Origin: Cryomorphaceae bacterium
GTDB lineage: Bacteria > Bacteroidota > Bacteroidia > Flavobacteriales > UBA7430
Reading direction: 5' to 3'
NCBI GenBank assembly: GCA_019649675.1
Contig: BOWN01000002.1
Coordinates: 239,704 to 303,703, forward strand
DNA: 64,000 nt
Shown here: in pieces, positions 44,232 to 54,169 of the stretch
Numbering within the stretch: position 1 is the stretch's first letter
Layout of the letters: each line of letters begins with the position of its first letter
Notes under the pieces: model-generated
What the model saw: only the letters and a program-made list of their open reading frames with translations
What the model was told of the DNA's origin: nothing
The model's database searches: none
Program-made: the position numbers and the translations under genes

Positions 44232-44705
44232 TCACTTTACCTTAAAACTCCATAAAATCTTGAAAGAAGACACACAATCACCCTGCTCGTCATAACCTTT
44301 AGAAGTCATTTCACACAGAGCCCCTTCTTTGAAATCTACGGCCTTCTTAATAGCGTCTTTAACCAATTGACCATCCTCACAAACAAACTGTATTTTACCC
44401 ACTGCTTTTTTACTAAACTTACAACTCAAATCCAACACCAACATTGATATTTCTTGCGAATAGCTATCAATATAACCCATGGCTAACAGACCTGTAGACA
44501 TTTCTGCTGCCATCGCCTGACAAGCAAAATACATCGATTTAAAAGGATTCTGATTTAAATACTTATACCGAATTGATATTTGTGCCTTTTCAGTGGTAAC
44601 CTTATTAACTTTTAATCCTGAAACCCAAGCAATAGGTAGTTTCACTATTAAAAACAATCGATATAAAAATGAATTGTTAACTTTTTTTAGATAAGATGCA
44701 TGCAT
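44232..44705 (-). CDS. DUF4442-like hotdog-fold protein
   Basis: The ORF is intact at 157 aa. 'FKSMYFACQAMAAEMSTGLLAM' resembles the DUF4442 core as I recall it. Confidence 0.5.
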   Translation of the reverse strand: MHASYLKKVNNSFLYRLFLIVKLPIAWVSGLKVNKVTTEKAQISIRYKYLNQNPFKSMYFACQAMAAEMSTGLLAMGYIDSYSQEISMLVLDLSCKFSKKAVGKIQFVCEDGQLVKDAIKKAVDFKEGALCEMTSKGYDEQGDCVSSFKILWSFKVK

Positions 44706-44753
44706 TGAATTATTTTTAAACCAAGATAAGAATTATCGGTCAATTCGATTTTG

Positions 44754-44761
44754 TAAGTTTG
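44754..44761 (+). promoter_or_regulatory. Candidate -7 box (TAAGTTTG) for the UbiA-family gene
   Basis: The sequence matches TAnnTTTG. Its G lies 16 nt before the ATG at 44777. The TTG start at 44759 in the ORF track sits inside this motif and is probably not the real start. Confidence 0.3.
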
Positions 44762-44776
44762 TTTCAAAGAAAAATT

Positions 44777-45634
44777 ATGCTGAAAAATTATCTATCCCTC
44801 ATAAAATTTAGCCATACCATTTTTGCTCTACCCTTTGCTCTTATTGGATTTACTTTAGCTGTAAGTCAAAAAGAATACAATTTTACATGGGATAAATTAC
44901 TTTTCGTACTTCTTTGTATGATCTTCGCCAGAAGTGCTGCCATGGCATTCAACCGTTATATTGATAGAGACTTAGATACTGCAAATCCCAGAACAGCTAA
45001 AATTAGAGAGATCCCAAATGGAACGATAAAAGAGAGATCTGCTTTGCAATTTGTCATCGTAAATTGTGTACTGTTTATGGGGACTGCCTATCTACTAAAT
45101 TCACTTTGCTTTATTCTTTCTCCAATTTCCTTATTGGTTATTTTGGGATATAGTTATACCAAACGATTTACAGCACTGTGTCATCTTGTACTCGGATTAG
45201 GTTTATCCCTCTCTCCCATTGGAGCCTACCTTGCAGTTACAGCTCAATTTAACATTCTACCTCTTCTATTTTCTTGCATTATACTTTTTTGGGTAAGTGG
45301 CTTCGATATTATTTATGCGTTGCAAGATCAAAATTTCGACAAACAATTCAATTTACATTCCATTCCGGTGCTTTTAGGTAAAAAAAATGCTTTACGATTC
45401 TCAAGATTAATGCACTTCATTACGTCAGTGATAATTATATTTACTGGAATAAACTACTTTACTAATTCTTCTCTATATTGGATTGCTACCATTATATTCA
45501 TTGGACTTCTTATTAACCAACATCGTTTGATAAAACCAAATGATCTTTCAAAAGTAAACATCGCTTTTTTTACAAATAATGGAATCGCTTCCATTATTTT
45601 TGGCACACTTATTATCCTAGAACTTTTATTTTAG
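44777..45634 (+). CDS. UbiA-family aromatic polyprenyltransferase (4-hydroxybenzoate polyprenyltransferase-like)
   Basis: The ORF is intact. 'ARSAAMAFNRYIDRDLDTANPRT' supplies the NxxxDxxxD motif. The second Asp-rich motif is 'GFDIIYALQDQNFD'. The protein is multi-pass. Confidence 0.8.
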   Translation: MLKNYLSLIKFSHTIFALPFALIGFTLAVSQKEYNFTWDKLLFVLLCMIFARSAAMAFNRYIDRDLDTANPRTAKIREIPNGTIKERSALQFVIVNCVLFMGTAYLLNSLCFILSPISLLVILGYSYTKRFTALCHLVLGLGLSLSPIGAYLAVTAQFNILPLLFSCIILFWVSGFDIIYALQDQNFDKQFNLHSIPVLLGKKNALRFSRLMHFITSVIIIFTGINYFTNSSLYWIATIIFIGLLINQHRLIKPNDLSKVNIAFFTNNGIASIIFGTLIILELLF

Positions 45635-45731
45635 TAGCTTTAAAAATAAAAAATTAATCATGTTTACTATCTATAATAAATAAACACCGTAACATAAACT
45701 CTTCTGACATATTTAAACAATAAATTTGTCT

Positions 45732-47291
45732 ATGATTTTAAATCCTTTAACTAAATTAATTTTAACTGCAATAGTTGTTATTGTTTGTATTACAAAAGTA
45801 TCTTGTCAAACCGAGACAGATTCTTTGATTGCAAAAAAAATTAATTCTAATGAGGTGTTAAAAGGAACTATCTTTAATGCAAACGATAAATCCTCACTTC
45901 CCTATGCCAATATTATACTACTGAGAAAAAAAAAAGGAGTAATAAGTAATGAGTTTGGTCATTTTTCAATTAACATATCTAATTGTCTTGAAACAGACAC
46001 ACTTCGTATTTCTTATTTAGGTTTTCAAACACAAGACCTTACCATAAAAGATCTAAGAGAATCTTCAGTAATACATTTAAAAGAAGATAATTTAATGCTA
46101 GACAACATTACCCTTTTTGGGAACTTATTAGACCCTGAAAGTATCGTAAAAAAAGTGCTTGAGAATAAAAACATCAATTACGGAAAGACAAATTCTAAAA
46201 AACAAATTTTCTTAAGAAATAGATATACAAACCATATGAATAAACTAAATTTTAGATACAATAAAAGTAATTTCTCAAATTTAGACAAAGAGCTAATCGA
46301 AGTACTTGAAAAGGAAATACCAAAACATACAATTTCTTATAGAGACTTTTTAGGTAATGTATATTTGTTACATGAAGAGGATTCAGCTGCTCTTAAAATA
46401 AATCCAATTAAAATTATAGAATTAGAGGAAAAATCTGATCTTACTGAACTGGTAGAATTAGAAAATACCTTTAAGGAAGTGTTTAACAATTTAAATGAGA
46501 ATGAATACTGGAAAATAAAATCAGGCATCATTGGTAGCAAAGTTCATGTAGATGAAAATAGTGTTAGTTTTGGTAGTGAAAAAGAAAAAACAGATTCGTT
46601 AACAACAAATAATCCAAAAGATCCCTTCAGATCTGAAAAATGGAGAATTACTAATCTTGATAAATTCGCCTCATTTGAAAATGAAAAAAAGTGGGACTTC
46701 TTATACAGTACAAATAAATATCAATATACACTTTCTGGAGTAACTGTTGCAAATGGAGAAGAAGTATATATAATTAACTTTCATCCTAACAATAAAGGTA
46801 CATTTATTGGTCGAATGTACATCTCAATGGAAACCTTCGCCCTAGTTCGAGTAGATTACAAATATGATATAGGGAAAACGGGAATGGATATACAACTTTT
46901 TGGGATTGGATACACAGAAAATAAATTTAATGTCTCAATGTATTTTGAGAAAAAAGAAAATCAATACAAACTAAAATATTGCTCAAAAATAGAGAGTTCT
47001 ATTTTTAGCTTCAATAGAAGCATTGCACTACAAAAGAAAAGAAAACGCTTTCTTTTTGACAAAAAATTAAATGAGATAAAAATAGGTATTAATCTTATTG
47101 GTGATCACGAATTATCTATTGAGATGCTGGTTATTGAAGAAGGTTCAATAAATCAAAATCAGTTTAACAACTTTAAAGAAAAAGAAAGAGTTGATATCAT
47201 CTATGTGGATCAATTTAATGAAGATTTATGGAAAGGTTATTCCATAATAGAGCCTACAAAACAAATGAAAGAGTATAAAAAGATTAACTAA
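45732..47291 (+). CDS. Hypothetical secreted protein with N-terminal CarboxypepD_reg-like domain
   Basis: The ORF is intact with signal peptide 'MILNPLTKLILTAIVVIVCITKVSCQ'. 'GTIFNANDKSSLPYANIILL..KGVISNEFGHFSINIS..DTLRISYLGFQTQDL' is the CarboxypepD_reg-like part. The rest was not recognised. Confidence 0.45.
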   Translation: MILNPLTKLILTAIVVIVCITKVSCQTETDSLIAKKINSNEVLKGTIFNANDKSSLPYANIILLRKKKGVISNEFGHFSINISNCLETDTLRISYLGFQTQDLTIKDLRESSVIHLKEDNLMLDNITLFGNLLDPESIVKKVLENKNINYGKTNSKKQIFLRNRYTNHMNKLNFRYNKSNFSNLDKELIEVLEKEIPKHTISYRDFLGNVYLLHEEDSAALKINPIKIIELEEKSDLTELVELENTFKEVFNNLNENEYWKIKSGIIGSKVHVDENSVSFGSEKEKTDSLTTNNPKDPFRSEKWRITNLDKFASFENEKKWDFLYSTNKYQYTLSGVTVANGEEVYIINFHPNNKGTFIGRMYISMETFALVRVDYKYDIGKTGMDIQLFGIGYTENKFNVSMYFEKKENQYKLKYCSKIESSIFSFNRSIALQKKRKRFLFDKKLNEIKIGINLIGDHELSIEMLVIEEGSINQNQFNNFKEKERVDIIYVDQFNEDLWKGYSIIEPTKQMKEYKKIN

Positions 47292-47534
47292 ACTTTAATG
47301 ATAATGAGTAAAGTATCTAGAAATACTTGTGAAGGCTAACTATTTGGATTATGCTCTTAGTCTGGATTAGCAGATCACTTTGAAACCGATCATATACTCT
47401 TAATAATATAATTTATTAAAGTATTCTTTTCCTAGAAACAGGCATTGTTCAGTACTTCATATTTGCCATTATAATTCCTGAAAAACCAAGAATGATTCAA
47501 TAAGTAAATAATAATTTAATTCGTAACTTTGAGC

Positions 47535-48080
47535 ATGAAAAAAACACTTACAAAACTTATATTTATTGGATTAATCTTTATGTTTTTCAAAAGTAATGCA
47601 CAAGAACTTAGCTCGATTTACGACTTAACATACAACTCTATAACAGGAGAAAAGGTCTCCTTAGAAGAATATAAAGGTAAATTTATTTTATTTGTTAATG
47701 TAGCCTCTGAATGTGGCTTCACCTCTCAATATAAAGATTTAGAGAAATTAGCAGAAACTTATAAAGATAAACTGGTTGTTTTAGGCTTTCCCTGTGATCA
47801 GTTTGGAGGACAAGAACCTGGGAATTCTGCACAAATTCTATCCTTTTGCAAAGAGAGATATGGTGTAACATTTCCACTTTCTGAAAAGATTAAAGTTAAA
47901 GGAGACAATCAACACGAAATATATGATTGGTTAACCAATAAAAAAAGAAATGGAATTTCATCAACTATTGTAAAATGGAATTTTCAGAAATATTTGGTTA
48001 GTCCGAATGGCAATTTTATAGACTATTACTACTCTGTTACAAAACCATTAAGCGAAAAAATAACGTCTCATTTTAAATAA
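47535..48080 (+). CDS. Glutathione peroxidase (Cys-type) with signal peptide
   Basis: The ORF is intact and reads 'FILFVNVASECGFTSQYKDLEKL' and 'LGFPCDQFGGQEPG'. 'KWNFQKYLV' is present. Confidence 0.9.
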   Translation: MKKTLTKLIFIGLIFMFFKSNAQELSSIYDLTYNSITGEKVSLEEYKGKFILFVNVASECGFTSQYKDLEKLAETYKDKLVVLGFPCDQFGGQEPGNSAQILSFCKERYGVTFPLSEKIKVKGDNQHEIYDWLTNKKRNGISSTIVKWNFQKYLVSPNGNFIDYYYSVTKPLSEKITSHFK

Positions 48081-48083
48081 TTA

Positions 48084-48131
48084 AAGTCAAAAAATTGACT
48101 TCATGCCACATTTACCTAATATATAAATGTG
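48084..48131. terminator. Two adjacent hairpins between convergent genes (possible terminators)
   Basis: The hairpins are AAGTCAA-aaaa-TTGACTT (48084-48101) and CACATTTA-N9-TAAATGTG (48107-48131). Neither has a strong T tail. Confidence 0.3.
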
Positions 48132-48182
48132 TGTCATAGGGTATTTTATTTATCTTAAATTTTATTATTTCCGCAAAAAGCC

Positions 48183-48806
48183 TTAAAAAATTATTCTATT
48201 TTTCTTAAAGCTACAGAATAAAAAATTTTGTGTGGTGCCAAAGGGTGTCGTATGATCCTCAGTCTTTGAATCTAGAAAATTAAACCCAGAGCTAAAAGCT
48301 GATATAAGTTCCTCTTTACTATACTGCAATATATTTAAACCACTGCATTTGACGGGCCCTAGTTTAGAAAATGTTCCAATAGACAAATAGCCTTTCACAC
48401 AACTGCTTGCAAGAGCTAAATATTGGCTAATCTCATCCTCTTCTGTTAAGAAATGAAAAGCCGCTCTATCGTGCCAAATATCAAAAGATGTTTCGGGTTT
48501 AAATTTTATTATATCAGATACTATCCAATTTACTTTAGAGGCTTTTTCTCCAAGTCGGTATTGTACCCTAAGAAGTGCTTTCTCAGAAATATCGAGAACG
48601 GTTATATTTTCGTAACCAGCATCAAGCAAACAATCTACAAGCTTACTATCACCCCCACCAACATCAATTATTCTGACTGTTTTAGGCAAGTCAAAGGATT
48701 GTATTATCTCGAAAGATGTTTTTGGATACTCTTGTGTCCAACTAACTTGGTTCGGAGCTTTTGTTTCGTATACCTTTTCCCAATGTTTGGTTCTATGAAT
48801 ATCCAT
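48183..48806 (-). CDS. Class I SAM-dependent methyltransferase
   Basis: The internal Met at 48806 gives 'MDIHRTKHWEKVYE...RIIDVGGGDSKLVDCLLDAGYENITVLDIS'. The ORF track extends it to 48965 only because the frame stays open through tRNA-Val. Confidence 0.7.
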   Translation of the reverse strand: MDIHRTKHWEKVYETKAPNQVSWTQEYPKTSFEIIQSFDLPKTVRIIDVGGGDSKLVDCLLDAGYENITVLDISEKALLRVQYRLGEKASKVNWIVSDIIKFKPETSFDIWHDRAAFHFLTEEDEISQYLALASSCVKGYLSIGTFSKLGPVKCSGLNILQYSKEELISAFSSGFNFLDSKTEDHTTPFGTTQNFLFCSFKKNRIIF

Positions 48807-48833
48807 GGTTATATATTGCTCTATTAAATAATT

Positions 48834-48859
48834 AAAAAAGCCTCCAATTGACGGAGGCT
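48834..48859 (-). terminator. Intrinsic terminator after tRNA-Val
   Basis: The stem AGCCTCC-N7-GGAGGCT is followed by T6 on the minus strand (A6 at 48834-48839 on plus). It starts 7 nt after the tRNA 3' end. Confidence 0.55.
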
Positions 48860-48865
48860 TCTCAG

Positions 48866-48940
48866 TGGGCGATACTGGATTCGAACCAGTGACCCCCTGC
48901 TTGTAAGGCAGGTGCTCTGAACCAGCTGAGCTAATCGCCC
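48866..48940 (-). tRNA. tRNA-Val (anticodon TAC)
   Basis: The reverse complement folds by hand as GGGCGAT/TA/GCTC-AGCTGGTTCA-GAGC/A/CCTGC-CTTACAA-GCAGG/GGGTC/ACTGG-TTCGAAT-CCAGT/ATCGCCC/A, a canonical cloverleaf. Confidence 0.92.
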
Positions 48941-48975
48941 TAGTTTGTATAATTAGACTATACATTTAAGGATTG

Positions 48976-48983
48976 CAAATATA
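48976..48983 (-). promoter_or_regulatory. Candidate -7 box (TATATTTG) for tRNA-Val
   Basis: The minus strand reads TATATTTG. Its G lies 36 nt before the tRNA 5' end. Confidence 0.25.
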
Positions 48984-49035
48984 AAAATCATTTTCGAACA
49001 TGCCCAAACAAATGACTTAATAATTTACTAAAAAC

Positions 49036-50243
49036 CTAAAGAATTTCTGCGACAACAAATGTACTGCCGCCAACAAATATCAAATCATTATGTTGAGCTT
49101 GTTTTTTAGCTTCGGATAAAGCATCTAGAGGATATTTTGATTTTTGGCCTTTTAATGAATAATGAACTGCTTTATTAAACAAGTCATTTACTGAAAGTGC
49201 TCTAGGAATATTGGGCTCACAGAAGATATAGTTGGCATCTTTAGGTAGAAGTTCTAAAATAGCCGAAACATCTTTATCGCCAACCATACCAATAACCATC
49301 CATAATTCATTATAAGACATCTTATTAAGCTGCATAACAATAGATCTCATAGCATGTGGATTATGTCCCGTATCGCAAATTACCATTGGCGATGAAGAAA
49401 TTTGTTCCCATCTACCTCTCAAGGATGTATTCTCGACAACACCAAGCAATCCTCGCTTTAAGAAGCTTCACTTACATCCCAACCAAGTATTCGTAATTGT
49501 TCTATTACTGTTTGTACTGTATCAGTATTTTCTTGCTGACAAGCACCTAATAGGCCAGATTCATAAGATATATTTTTCTTGAAAGGATTAATTTAGAACC
49601 AATTTTCGCTGCAGTTTCCGCTACTACAGATCTTACTTCTTCACTAGTCGCACCTAAAACTACAGGTACATTCTCTTTAATAATTCCAGCTTTTCCTTAG
49701 CAATTTGAGCTATAGTATCACCTAATAAATTTTGATGATCTAAAGCTACATTTGTAATCACCGAAAGTACAGGATTAATAATATTTGTTGCATCTAATCG
49801 ACCTCCCAAGCCAACTTCTATTAAGGCAATATCTACATTCTGGACTGAAAAATATGAAAAGGCAAGTGCTGTGCTCATCTCAAAAAATGAAAGACCTATT
49901 TCGGTAAAATCTTCCATATAAAAATTTACAAAATCAGTAACTTCTTTTTAGAGATCATTTCGCCATTAATCTTAATACGCTCTCTAAAATCTTTTAAATG
50001 TGGAGAAGTATATAAGCCAACTTTATAACCTTGTTCTTGTAAAATAGAAGCAATTAAATGACTAGAGGAACCCTTTCCATTTGTACCTGCAACATGAATA
50101 GACTTAAAATTATTTTGAGGATGATTTAACAGAGAACAGATTGCATTAATATTACCTAAATCTTCATTATAGGCAGATTGTCCAACTCTTTGAAAGGAAG
50201 CCAATTGTTGAAACAACCAATCTAAGGTTTGCTGATAATCCAT
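49036..50243 (-). CDS. folC: Bifunctional folylpolyglutamate synthase/dihydrofolate synthase; at least 3 frame breaks
   Basis: Track pieces are 49926..50243 ('HVAGTNGKGSSSHLIASIL'), 49660..49917 ('IALIEVGLGGRLDATN') and 49036..49449. Its ATG overlaps the tonB TAA as TAATG. Confidence 0.85.
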
Positions 50244-51033
50244 TACAGTTTTCTGAAATTATAAATGATAGATCCGATCTGTGTTGGCATGGCATTCTCA
50301 TCTGCAAGCCAATTTGTTTTTAAGGCGGCAGCTTTGGCTTCTCTTACCAAACAAGGAGAGTATCTGTGGTATTTTTAAATCAAGCTCGGCTTTATAGGTT
50401 TCACCTTCTGCATTTACCCATACTCGAATAACAACGCGTCCTGTTTCGTTACAAACATACTTAGGTTTGGGTTTTCGAATCGCTTTTCGATTGCCTAGCT
50501 CATAACCATCAGATGAATTCCCTTCACCTCCTACCGCTTCTTCAGCACCTTCCACGCTCCCACTTTGGTCGCCCTGAGCACCATCATTTTCAGTAGTACC
50601 CGACTGTGAATTCTCTGTACTTTGAAACAAACTTGACAGTGCCTGTTGCAATTCATCACTGGCCTGAGGCTTCTTTTCTTCCTCCTCAACCGGAGCTTCC
50701 TCTTGTTTTTTCTTCTTCTTTCTCTTCGTTAATTACAGGTGCATCCTCCACATCCTGAGTCACAACTTCTTCACTAATCTCTGTTTGTTCTTCAGGTGCT
50801 GACACTTCAACATCTTGGATTTGCTCTACTTCTTCGGTCTGAACCTCCTCGGTCTGCGTAATCTCCTCTCCCATGCCCTCTTCCACATAACCAAACTCAA
50901 TAGCAATTCCTTCTTCAATCTTTGGATCCATATATTTTAAACCAAAAGAATAGAAAATAAAAATGGCTAAGAGGTGCACTAAAATTGTTCCCAGTGCTGC
51001 TCTTCGCTTATATTTATTACGAAAAAAGTTCAT
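50243..51033 (-). CDS. tonB: Energy transducer TonB-family protein; at least 2 frame breaks
   Basis: The N-terminal anchor is 'RRAALGTILVHLLAIFIFY', followed by an acidic/Pro-poor linker rich in E/V/Q. The C-terminal domain piece reads 'GRVVIRVWVNAEGETYKAELD', with the tail '...LVREAKAAALKTNWLADENAMPTQIGSIIYNFRKL*' in another frame. Confidence 0.7.
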
Positions 51034-51424
51034 CGTTTTTGTTGTGTAGCCAAAACAATTTTGAATTTATTTCGATAAGCTATATCCATCACTTCAACAG
51101 CATATTCTATGGGAACAGACTTGTCTACTCTAAGCACAACAACTTGTTCATCTTGTCCTGCCAACTTATCGATTAATTGCGCTTCAATATAATTTAGTTC
51201 TACAGCTTCTTTATCAATAAAATATTCGAAATTCTCGTTAATGGATACAGACACCCTTTGCTTCTTAACTGTTTGAGCGGTACTATTGGGTAAAACAAGA
51301 TCTAGAGCATTGGTCGTAACCAAAGTAGAAGTCAGCATAAAAAGATCAACAACAGAAATACAATGTCCGTCATTGAAGACATGCTAAAAGCAGCACTTAC
51401 TTTATTTTTAGACCTCAGTGCCAT
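51030..51424 (-). CDS. exbD: Biopolymer transport protein ExbD/TolR; one frame break
   Basis: The N-terminus at 51424 reads 'MALRSKNKVSAAFSMSSMTDIVFLLLIF'. Track ORF 51030..51338 reads 'VVLRVDKSVPIEYAVEVMDIAYRNKFKIVLAT'. Confidence 0.75.
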
Positions 51425-51426
51425 AC

Positions 51427-52082
51427 TTATTTATTTTTGGCAATAATTTCTAGGAACTCAGCAGTTACCTGCTCCATTTTAAAAGTAGCACTCGTTACTT
51501 TAGAAACCAATTGATTGTAAGCCAGGTAAGCAACAATCCCAACAATTAAGCCGGCAACAGTTGTTGTCATAGCGGTATAAATGCCTTTCGATAACATCTC
51601 TACATCAATTTGACCACCTGCACTAGCCATTTCATGAAAAGCGATAATCATACCGATAACCGTTCCTAAAAACCAATCATAGGAGCAGCGCCGGCAATGG
51701 TTGCTAGAGAAGCTAAATTATGCTCTAATTTGTAAACTTCTAGATTCCCTTGTCTTTCCATAGCATCTTGTACATCCTTTATGCTACCATTATCAATAAG
51801 AGCGCCTTTAGCGACCATATTGGCTACCGGTGAAGATGATCTGTCGCACAAAGCAACTACAGACTCCACTTTATCATCAGAAAGATAATCTTTCACCTTA
51901 CTCATAAACTGAGGATCATCTTTCATTGCTCTTTAATCACTTGAAAACGTTCCCAAAAAAGTACACAGTAAGTAAAGAAAGAACACCCAAAGTAAGCATG
52001 ATGATTTGACCACCTAGACCTCCACTTGTAATTAATTCAAGAATTGAAAGTGTTTTTCTACAGGCTCAGTAGTTTGAGCCAT
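51427..52082 (-). CDS. exbB: MotA/TolQ/ExbB proton channel protein; about 3 frame breaks
   Basis: The N-terminus at 52082 reads 'MAQTTEPVEK..LSILELITSGGLGGQIIMLTLGVLSLL'. Track pieces are 51666..51926 and 51427..51651 ('IATIAGAAPMIGF' / 'TTVAGLIVGIVAYLAYN'). Confidence 0.8.
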
Positions 52083-52173
52083 ATCTAATCCTAAAGAGTC
52101 TAAAGGAACAGGAACTTGTAAAAGATTGTTTTCATTTAAATATTATTTAGTCTCAATTAAGAACGCAAAGATT

Positions 52174-53456
52174 CTAAAGAGATTGCGTTAAAATATAAGT
52201 GCCTGCACCAGCAAAATAGCCAAGTAAAGCTAAGATAGAAATCTTTTTCAGATACCACACAAAATCTATTTTTTCTAAACCCATTGCTGCAACACCTGCC
52301 GCAGAGCCAATAATTAAAGCGCTTCCACCAGTACCAGCACAAAATGCTAAAATTGCCAAAAACACCATCTTGCGCAAAGTTTCCTACTGATGTAATTTCA
52401 TACATACCCATGGATCCAGCAACTAAAGGAACATTATCAACAATAGCAGAAAGCAATCCAATAACAATATTAATTGCATAAATATCTCCACCAAACCATT
52501 CATTTAAATTTTGAGCCATAACTGCCAAATGACCTGCAGACTGCAAACCAGCAACTGCTAATAGAATCCCTAAGAAAATAACACACTAGCTGTATCAATT
52601 TTTCGCAGCACACCAATCACAGATAATTGAGATTTATCTGCTTTATTTTTACTCCGATGAATAATTTCAGTAACCAACCAAAGAACACCTAAACTCAACA
52701 TCATTCCCATGAAAGGGGTAAATGCGTTAAAGTTTTGAAAACTGGGACAAACAATAAACCTGCTACCCCTAAAAGAAAATCAAATTTCTTTCAAATGCAG
52801 TTGTAGGATCTGAATCGTCTTCATTTCCAACCTCTACAGGGCGAACAATATCTCCCTTCATTGTAAAAGAAAGCACCGTTAATGGCACCATCATGGCAAC
52901 AATACTAGGAACAATTAAAGTCTTAATTATAGTCATAGTAGTTAACTGCCCACCAATCCACAACATAGTAGTGGTCACATCACCAATTGGAGACCAAGCA
53001 CCTCCAGCATTCGCTGCTACTACAACAATACCTGCAAAAACCAACGTTCATACTTGTCATCGATTAACTTTCTGAGTAAAGAAACCATAACGATAGTTGT
53101 GGTTAAATTATCTAAAGCTGCAGAGAAAAGAAAGTAAGCACACTAACAATCCACAACAATTTTACTCTATTTTTTGTTGTTATCTTATCAGTAATAATTG
53201 AAAAACCTTCGTGAGCATCAACCAATTCAACAATAGTCATTGCCCCTAATAAGAAAAATAAAATACTAGAAATTTCACTTAAATGATGTAGCAATTGTTC
53301 TTCTATGAAATGTTGATCAGCACCACTTAGAACAAATAAAGTCCAGACCAACACACCTGTAATTAATGCAGAAGCTGCCTTATCAACTTTAATTGGGTGT
53401 TCTAAAGCAATAGCTAGATATCCCAGTACGAAAATTACAATCATTAGTGTTAACAT
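52174..53456 (-). CDS. Na+/H+ antiporter, NhaD/ArsB-superfamily type; frame broken at least 5 times
   Basis: The N-terminal piece is 53112..53456 ('MLTLMIVIFVLGYLAIALEHPIKVDKAASALITGVLVWT'). Other pieces are 52769..53044 and 52174..52546. Confidence 0.65.
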
Positions 53457-53552
53457 AAATCAAATAATAAGGTTGTTTTTTACTTTAAAAATTTCGCACA
53501 AATTTATAAAACTAAACGCGATTAATTGAACCTAATTAGATAATTTATTGAG

Positions 53553-53576
53553 AAAAAAGCGCCTTAGAAGGCGCTT
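53553..53576 (-). terminator. Intrinsic terminator
   Basis: The stem AAGCGCC-ttagaa-GGCGCTT is followed by T6 on the minus strand. It starts about 5 nt after the stop of the lipoprotein gene at 53582. Confidence 0.55.
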
Positions 53577-53581
53577 AAAAA

Positions 53582-54142
53582 TTAGTCTTCTAAAGCAACT
53601 AATTCGATTTTTGCAGGAATAATTTCTGATGCACCATTAACCTCAAAATTAAAGGGGAAAATCAGATCCATAGAAGTTGGTGTTTGATTCTGAACTTCGA
53701 GCACATAAGGGTCATCTTCCTGACCTTCCTGAACAATGGTTAACACATTTCCTCTACAGACCAAGATCCAGATAGATCAATCAAAGATTCCTCATCTTCA
53801 CCACACTCAATAAGATGATCATCCATGGTTACAGCCCCGTCTTCAGAAAAGAAAAATAAATTGTCATGAGAGCAAACTGGGAGTTCATCCGTAACCAAGG
53901 GAGATTCCAATAAATTAATACTTACCCCATAAATTCTGCAGTTGCAGAATCCACATACCACGTATGCATTGGTAAGAGTTCAGACAACAACTGGTAAGTA
54001 CAAGACCCATCATCATCTTCAGCTTCTGAGTTGTAATTAACAGCATTCACATCTGTACATCCAAAAACTGGAGCTGGATCTTCTTCACAACTTGAAAAAG
54101 TAAATAACAAAACAAAAACAATAAGATATAACGAGTTTCCAT
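53582..54142 (-). CDS. Hypothetical lipoprotein; about 3 frame breaks
   Basis: The ATG at 54142 is followed by the hydrophobic leader and lipobox-like 'FTFSSCEEDP'. Track pieces are 53922..54110, 53740..53961 and 53582..53764. No family was recognised. Confidence 0.35.
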
Positions 54143-54169
54143 AATACTTTATTTAAAATTTAATGCAAT

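Noticed and set aside
45926-45935. A10 run, and the T9 run at 37020-37028, as phase-variation switches
   Set aside because: They are in-frame Lys runs in an AT-rich genome with no supporting context. Homopolymer lengths in this assembly are unreliable.
37321-48940. An 11.6-kb segment bounded by tRNA-His and tRNA-Val as a possible tRNA-targeted genomic island (metal ATPase, GT4, flippase, secreted proteins)
   Set aside because: There is no integrase, recombinase or mobility gene. I could see no direct repeat of a tRNA 3' end at the far boundary. The composition is not visibly different from the flanks, and several cargo genes (UbiA, glutathione peroxidase, methyltransferase) look like core metabolism.
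48807-48965. N-terminal extension of the methyltransferase ORF (track 48183..48965)
   Set aside because: The extension reads straight through tRNA-Val (48866-48940) and its terminator hairpin. The internal Met at 48806 gives a normal methyltransferase N-terminus.
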